Positions 61,432-64,000 of a DNA stretch of 64,000 bases are shown piece after piece; the first letter of the stretch is position 1, and every line of letters starts with the position of its first letter. The stretch is from contig JANOSY010000014.1 of assembly GCA_031416075.1 (NCBI GenBank), positions 32,001 through 96,000 on the forward strand, given 5' to 3'. This stretch comes from Candidatus Tenderia sp. GTDB taxonomy: Bacteria > Pseudomonadota > Gammaproteobacteria > Tenderiales > Tenderiaceae. Below the pieces are notes generated by a model. That model was not told the origin of the DNA. It ran no database searches and was given only the letters and a program-made list of their open reading frames with translations. The position numbers were made by a program, and so were the translations under genes.

Positions 61432-62115
61432 ATGCGTTTATTGATTGTTGAGGATGAGGATGAGTTGCGGCAGCAGTTGCGCGAGCGGTTTACCCAGGAA
61501 GGATACGCAGTAGATGCCGTTGCTGATGGCAAAGAGGGACTCTATTTTGCGACTGAATACCCCATTGATATCGCGGTGGTGGATGTGGGGCTGCCCAAAC
61601 TGTCAGGGATAGATCTGTTGCAGCAGTTGCGGGCGACAGGTAAAACCTTTCCCGTGCTGATATTGACGGCTCGGGGTCGCTGGCAGGATAAGGTATCGGG
61701 GCTGGATGCTGGCGCGGATGACTATCTGGTGAAACCTTTTCATATTGAAGAGCTGGTGGCCCGTATTAAGGCGCTGGTGCGCCGTGCGGCGGGGGTGGCG
61801 CAACCGATATTGTGTTCTGGGCCGATCTGCCTGAATACGGTGACACAAGAGGTCTCCGTGGCGGGGGCGCTGCTGGAGTTGACGGCGTATGAGTATAAGG
61901 TGTTGGAGTACTTGATACTGAATGCCGGGCAGGTGATCTCCAAGAGTGTCTTGACGGATCATATTTATGCTCAGGACTTTGACCGGGACAGCAATGTGAT
62001 CGAGGTGTTTGTGGGGCGTCTGCGGCGCAAGCTTGATCCTGATAATGTTTTACAACCGATAGAGACGCTGCGTGGACGAGGTTACCGCTTTATATTGCAG
62101 CGGAGTGAAATGTGA
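61432..62115 (+). CDS. OmpR-family response regulator, PhoP-like
   Basis: LIVEDE, DVGLP, LTARGRWQDKV.GL.AGADDY.KPF, DRDSNVIEVFVGRLRRKL. Confidence 0.9.
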   Translation: MRLLIVEDEDELRQQLRERFTQEGYAVDAVADGKEGLYFATEYPIDIAVVDVGLPKLSGIDLLQQLRATGKTFPVLILTARGRWQDKVSGLDAGADDYLVKPFHIEELVARIKALVRRAAGVAQPILCSGPICLNTVTQEVSVAGALLELTAYEYKVLEYLILNAGQVISKSVLTDHIYAQDFDRDSNVIEVFVGRLRRKLDPDNVLQPIETLRGRGYRFILQRSEM

Positions 62116-63473
62116 TCTCCATTAACAGCCGTATGTTGATTGTTGCGGGCATTGTTCTGGCGGGGTTTTTAGGTATTACCGGGATGACGCTGGAGCGCTC
62201 CTTTGTTGCCAGTGCCGAAGATGCCTTAAAAGAGCGGCTGCGGGTCCATTTGACGGCGGTGATTGCTTCTGCCGATATTCGTGAAGATGGCTCGCTGCAG
62301 CTGGTTTACGCCTTGCCAGAGTCACGCTTCTTTATTGAAGGTTCTGGGCTCTATGCCAAAATTCTGGGCAACAATGGCAATATTCTTTGGGTCTCCCCCT
62401 CTATGGGGAAGCTGACCATCCCGGTGTATGCCGGGTTGGGACGTGGTGAGTCGCTGTATGAGGATCTTAAAACTTCCGAGGGTGCCCCAGTACTTGCCTA
62501 TAGCCTGGGGGTGACGTGGGGTGATAGCGATAAGATTAAAGGTGGTTATACCTTTGTTGTGGCGGAGAGCCAGGACCGGTTGAATCAACAGGTTTTACAG
62601 TTTCGCCAAAATCTGTGGGGTTGGCTGGCGGGGGTGACCGTTGTGCTGCTGGTGATGCTGACCATTATTTTGCGTTGGGGACTGGCACCACTGTGGCGGG
62701 TGGCGGAGGATCTGCGAGAGATTGAGGCCGGGCGTCACTCGGAGCTGCTTGGTCGTTATCCTAAAGAGTTGCGCGGACTGACGGACAACCTGAATGCCTT
62801 GATTCGCAGTAATCGTGAACATGAAGAGCGTTATCAGGCAAGCCTGGGTGATCTGGCGCATAGCCTGAAGACGCCGTTGGCGGTGTTGCGGGGGGTGATT
62901 GAGGTGTCGGGGCAGTCACTGCCAAGTCTGTGTGCCACGGTGGAAGAGCAGGTTCAGCGTATGGACCAGATTGTCCAGTACCAGTTACAACGTGCCGCGA
63001 CTTCGGGGCGTACCGCGCTACTGGCCCCTGTGGATGTGGCGGCGATCACCGCAAAAGTGGTGAAGGCGCTGCATAAGGTGTATGCCGAAAAAGGGGTGCG
63101 GAGCCGGGTGGAGGTGGCCCCAGCACTGGATTTTCATTACAACGAAGGGGATCTGATGGAGCTGCTGGGCAACGTGATCGATAACGCCTTTAAGTGGTCA
63201 GTGGGGCAGGTGGTGGTGCGTATCGACAAAGTGATCACTGTCCTGCCTGGTGCCGCGCTGTTGATTGAGGTGCAGGATGATGGCCCAGGCATTGAGCCGG
63301 AGAAGATTGCCACCGTATTGGCGCGTGGCGGGCGGCTGGATACGCAGGTGAGTGGCCACGGTTTGGGGCTGGCCCTGGTTCGTGACATCGTTGAGCTTTA
63401 CCATGGGCGTCTGGAGATTCGTCGTGCCGAGATTGGCGGTGCGTCAGTGCGCATAGCGTTACCGTGGAGTTGA
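62112..63473 (+). CDS. Sensor histidine kinase, PhoQ-like
   Basis: Two TMs, HAMP, DLAHSLKTPL, YQLQRA, DLMELLGNVIDNAFKW, DDGPG, GHGLGL. Confidence 0.9.
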   Translation: MISINSRMLIVAGIVLAGFLGITGMTLERSFVASAEDALKERLRVHLTAVIASADIREDGSLQLVYALPESRFFIEGSGLYAKILGNNGNILWVSPSMGKLTIPVYAGLGRGESLYEDLKTSEGAPVLAYSLGVTWGDSDKIKGGYTFVVAESQDRLNQQVLQFRQNLWGWLAGVTVVLLVMLTIILRWGLAPLWRVAEDLREIEAGRHSELLGRYPKELRGLTDNLNALIRSNREHEERYQASLGDLAHSLKTPLAVLRGVIEVSGQSLPSLCATVEEQVQRMDQIVQYQLQRAATSGRTALLAPVDVAAITAKVVKALHKVYAEKGVRSRVEVAPALDFHYNEGDLMELLGNVIDNAFKWSVGQVVVRIDKVITVLPGAALLIEVQDDGPGIEPEKIATVLARGGRLDTQVSGHGLGLALVRDIVELYHGRLEIRRAEIGGASVRIALPWS

Positions 63474-63479
63474 TAATAC

Positions 63480-63507
63480 TAAATGTATTAGCGCCCTTTG
63501 CCGATAC
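63480..63507 (+). promoter_or_regulatory. Sigma-28 (FliA)-type promoter
   Basis: TAAA-N16-GCCGATAC upstream of the YjfB-like gene. Confidence 0.6.
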
Positions 63508-63580
63508 CCCAATGTACGTGTAGTTTTTACCTACGGGACAATAAGGAGTGTTGGGCCCCTCGACGATAGGAGTGTGTCCA

Positions 63581-63793
63581 ATGGATATCAGTGGCATTAG
63601 TAGTACAGCAGTGACTCAGGCCAGTAGCGCCAAAACGGGGGAGGAGGTGAGTATCGCGATCCTGAATAAGGCCCTCGATATTGAGTCCAAAACCGCTAAA
63701 GAGTTGATCAACAGCGTTGCCAGCCCTACACAAGAGGTTCCGCGTGAGAAGTTGGCCCCCCATCTTGGCAGTAACGTGGATGTTCAGGCATAG
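63581..63793 (+). CDS. YjfB-family putative motility protein
   Basis: MDISGI...VSIAILNKALD...PHLGSNVDVQA; AGGAG RBS. Confidence 0.8.
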   Translation: MDISGISSTAVTQASSAKTGEEVSIAILNKALDIESKTAKELINSVASPTQEVPREKLAPHLGSNVDVQA

Positions 63794-64000
63794 TTAAAAA
63801 AACAGCTCCCCCCCCGCCAATGGATTGGTTCGAAACAGGTTCTCTACCAGCGCCTCAAAACTCAGCCCAAACTTTGGGCTGAGTTCTGCTGCCCGTTGCA
63901 TCAGCCCGGCCCGGTCAAGCGTGCTGGGTGGTTGGCAAAAGGCAACCACAATCACATTTTTATATCCGGTTACCGTCAGGCAGAGTGTCAGTTGCTGAAA
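63794..64000 (-). CDS. 3' end of a gene entering from the right, possibly a spermidine synthase-like methyltransferase
   Basis: Open frame FQQLTLCLTVTGYKNVIVVAF...LMQRAAEL...FGLSF...ELFF*; the family guess rests on C-terminal resemblance only. Confidence 0.45.
   Translation of the reverse strand, partial: FQQLTLCLTVTGYKNVIVVAFCQPPSTLDRAGLMQRAAELSPKFGLSFEALVENLFRTNPLAGGELFF

Noticed and set aside
1-64000. CRISPR arrays, tRNA/rRNA, transposases, integrases, prophage or defence genes
   Set aside because: No regularly spaced repeats or recognisable motifs were seen by eye; a tRNAscan/Infernal run would be needed to exclude small RNAs.

Overview
A chromosomal window from a gammaproteobacterium, probably a sulfur-metabolising chemolithotroph (inferred from tusA-dsrE2 and many c-type cytochromes). 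About 1-12.6 kb is a visibly AT-rich polysaccharide locus: Wzx flippase, three glycosyltransferases, an AsnB-like amidoligase lacking the catalytic Cys, a FemAB-like protein, three CelD/BcsL-type GNATs, a DegT aminotransferase and a TPR protein. It adjoins the exosortase-A/PEP-CTERM-associated ACP, hydrolase 1/2, decarboxylase and acyl-CoA ligase genes. Core genes (argF, argD, sodB, grxD, bepA, uvrA, parC, htpX, Mla-like ABC, PhoPQ-like pair) alternate with accessory modules: tusA-dsrE2-RND efflux, a Fur-boxed porin/FMN-binding/PepSY operon, a PecS/PecM-like pair and an SHP-DHC-cytochrome b operon. The best candidate for an undescribed system is an operon encoding a chemoreceptor, a Tyr-ligated MauG-like diheme enzyme, an amicyanin-like cupredoxin and two tandem diheme cytochromes c, one split by an in-frame TAG. 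A composite palindromic element is inserted in frame in the RND gene. I saw no rRNA, tRNA, CRISPR array or transposase. All family assignments come from motif recognition by eye, not database searches.
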